Shown one piece after another: positions 63,759 to 64,000 of a stretch of DNA of 64,000 nucleotides. Within the stretch, counting starts at the first letter, position 1; each line of letters opens with the position of its first letter. The stretch spans positions 4,210 through 68,209 of the forward strand of contig JAHLLM010000005.1 in NCBI GenBank assembly GCA_020444175.1, given 5' to 3'. The stretch is from Desulfobulbaceae bacterium (lineage in GTDB: Bacteria > Desulfobacterota > Desulfobulbia > Desulfobulbales > SURF-16). The notes under the pieces are model-generated. The model saw only the letters and a list, made by a program, of their open reading frames with translations, did no database searches and had not been told where the DNA came from. Both the position numbers and the translations under genes were made by a program.

Positions 63759-64000
63759 ATGAAGAGGGGGTGCGAAATGTTATATTATCCGGAGTTGGCG
63801 GTTTATGTCTGGCTTGTTCCTGTTTTTCTGTGTCTCATCATCCCTATTATGGTGTTTATGGCGCGTTTGGTATCTGATTTGACGACATTTGGCATGGCGT
63901 ATTTCAGAAAAAGCTCCACGGTTCCCTTGGGAGTGAGAGTTGTAGGCGGAGAGAGCAGCCTGGAAAAAAGAAGCCACCCGAGATACTGTGTGCCCGGGAT
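63759..64000 (+). CDS. Partial CDS (3' end outside the window): membrane protein with a possible PilZ-type RxxxR motif
   Basis: The ORF is open to the window edge and so is not in the track. AAGGAAAGG precedes ATG 63759 (alternative ATG 63777). It encodes a TM helix (VWLVPVFLCLIIPIMVF) and then EKRSHPRY. Confidence 0.4.
   Translation, partial: MKRGCEMLYYPELAVYVWLVPVFLCLIIPIMVFMARLVSDLTTFGMAYFRKSSTVPLGVRVVGGESSLEKRSHPRYCVPG

Overview
This 64-kb chromosomal window is mostly core housekeeping genes. The organism is Gram-negative and probably an anaerobic Desulfobacterota-like (deltaproteobacterial) bacterium. That assignment is an inference from gene content only (lpxC/lpxK/waaA/murJ, a sigma-54 NtrC-type regulator, a COG1900 homocysteine-type enzyme, an iron-sulfur flavoprotein, many sensor kinases); no search was run. 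About 60 protein genes can be called: coaE(partial)-rho-rpmE-prfA-prmC-murA, tsaD-DUF2062-rsmA, moaA, pheA, hup, ilvY/ilvC, murJ, rsmE, waaA-lpxK, lpxC, proC-nadK, pilT, comEC, an rpoD-like sigma factor, malQ and yajD among them. There are two tRNAs, tRNA-Pro(CGG) and tRNA-Glu(CUC). I saw no rRNA and no CRISPR array. Accessory or unusual content: (1) A candidate type I toxin-antitoxin-like locus at 61.76-61.97 kb. It has a 27-codon hydrophobic ORF, absent from the ORF track, whose ribosome-binding site and start codon are covered by a predicted ~68-nt antisense RNA. That RNA is driven by a consensus TTGACA-18-TATAAT promoter and ends in a perfect 12-bp terminator hairpin. (2) A decayed 1.9-kb integrative element at tRNA-Pro, bounded by a 48-nt copy of the tRNA 3' end. 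It carries an internally deleted tyrosine integrase and an intact brnT/brnA pair. (3) A 1156-1163-aa secreted protein combining an NHL propeller, six tandem ~75-aa domains, a parallel beta-helix and a dockerin-like tail. (4) A three-gene CBS/ACT, COG1900, LarE-like PP-loop cluster that may be a sulfur-incorporation module. (5) An orphan short flagellin followed immediately by a cNMP-binding histidine kinase. (6) Five intergenic nested-palindrome (MITE/REP-like) elements, two of them homologous and one flanked by a 13-bp duplication of the rsmA 3' end. All functional calls rest on motif and family recognition by eye and need database confirmation.
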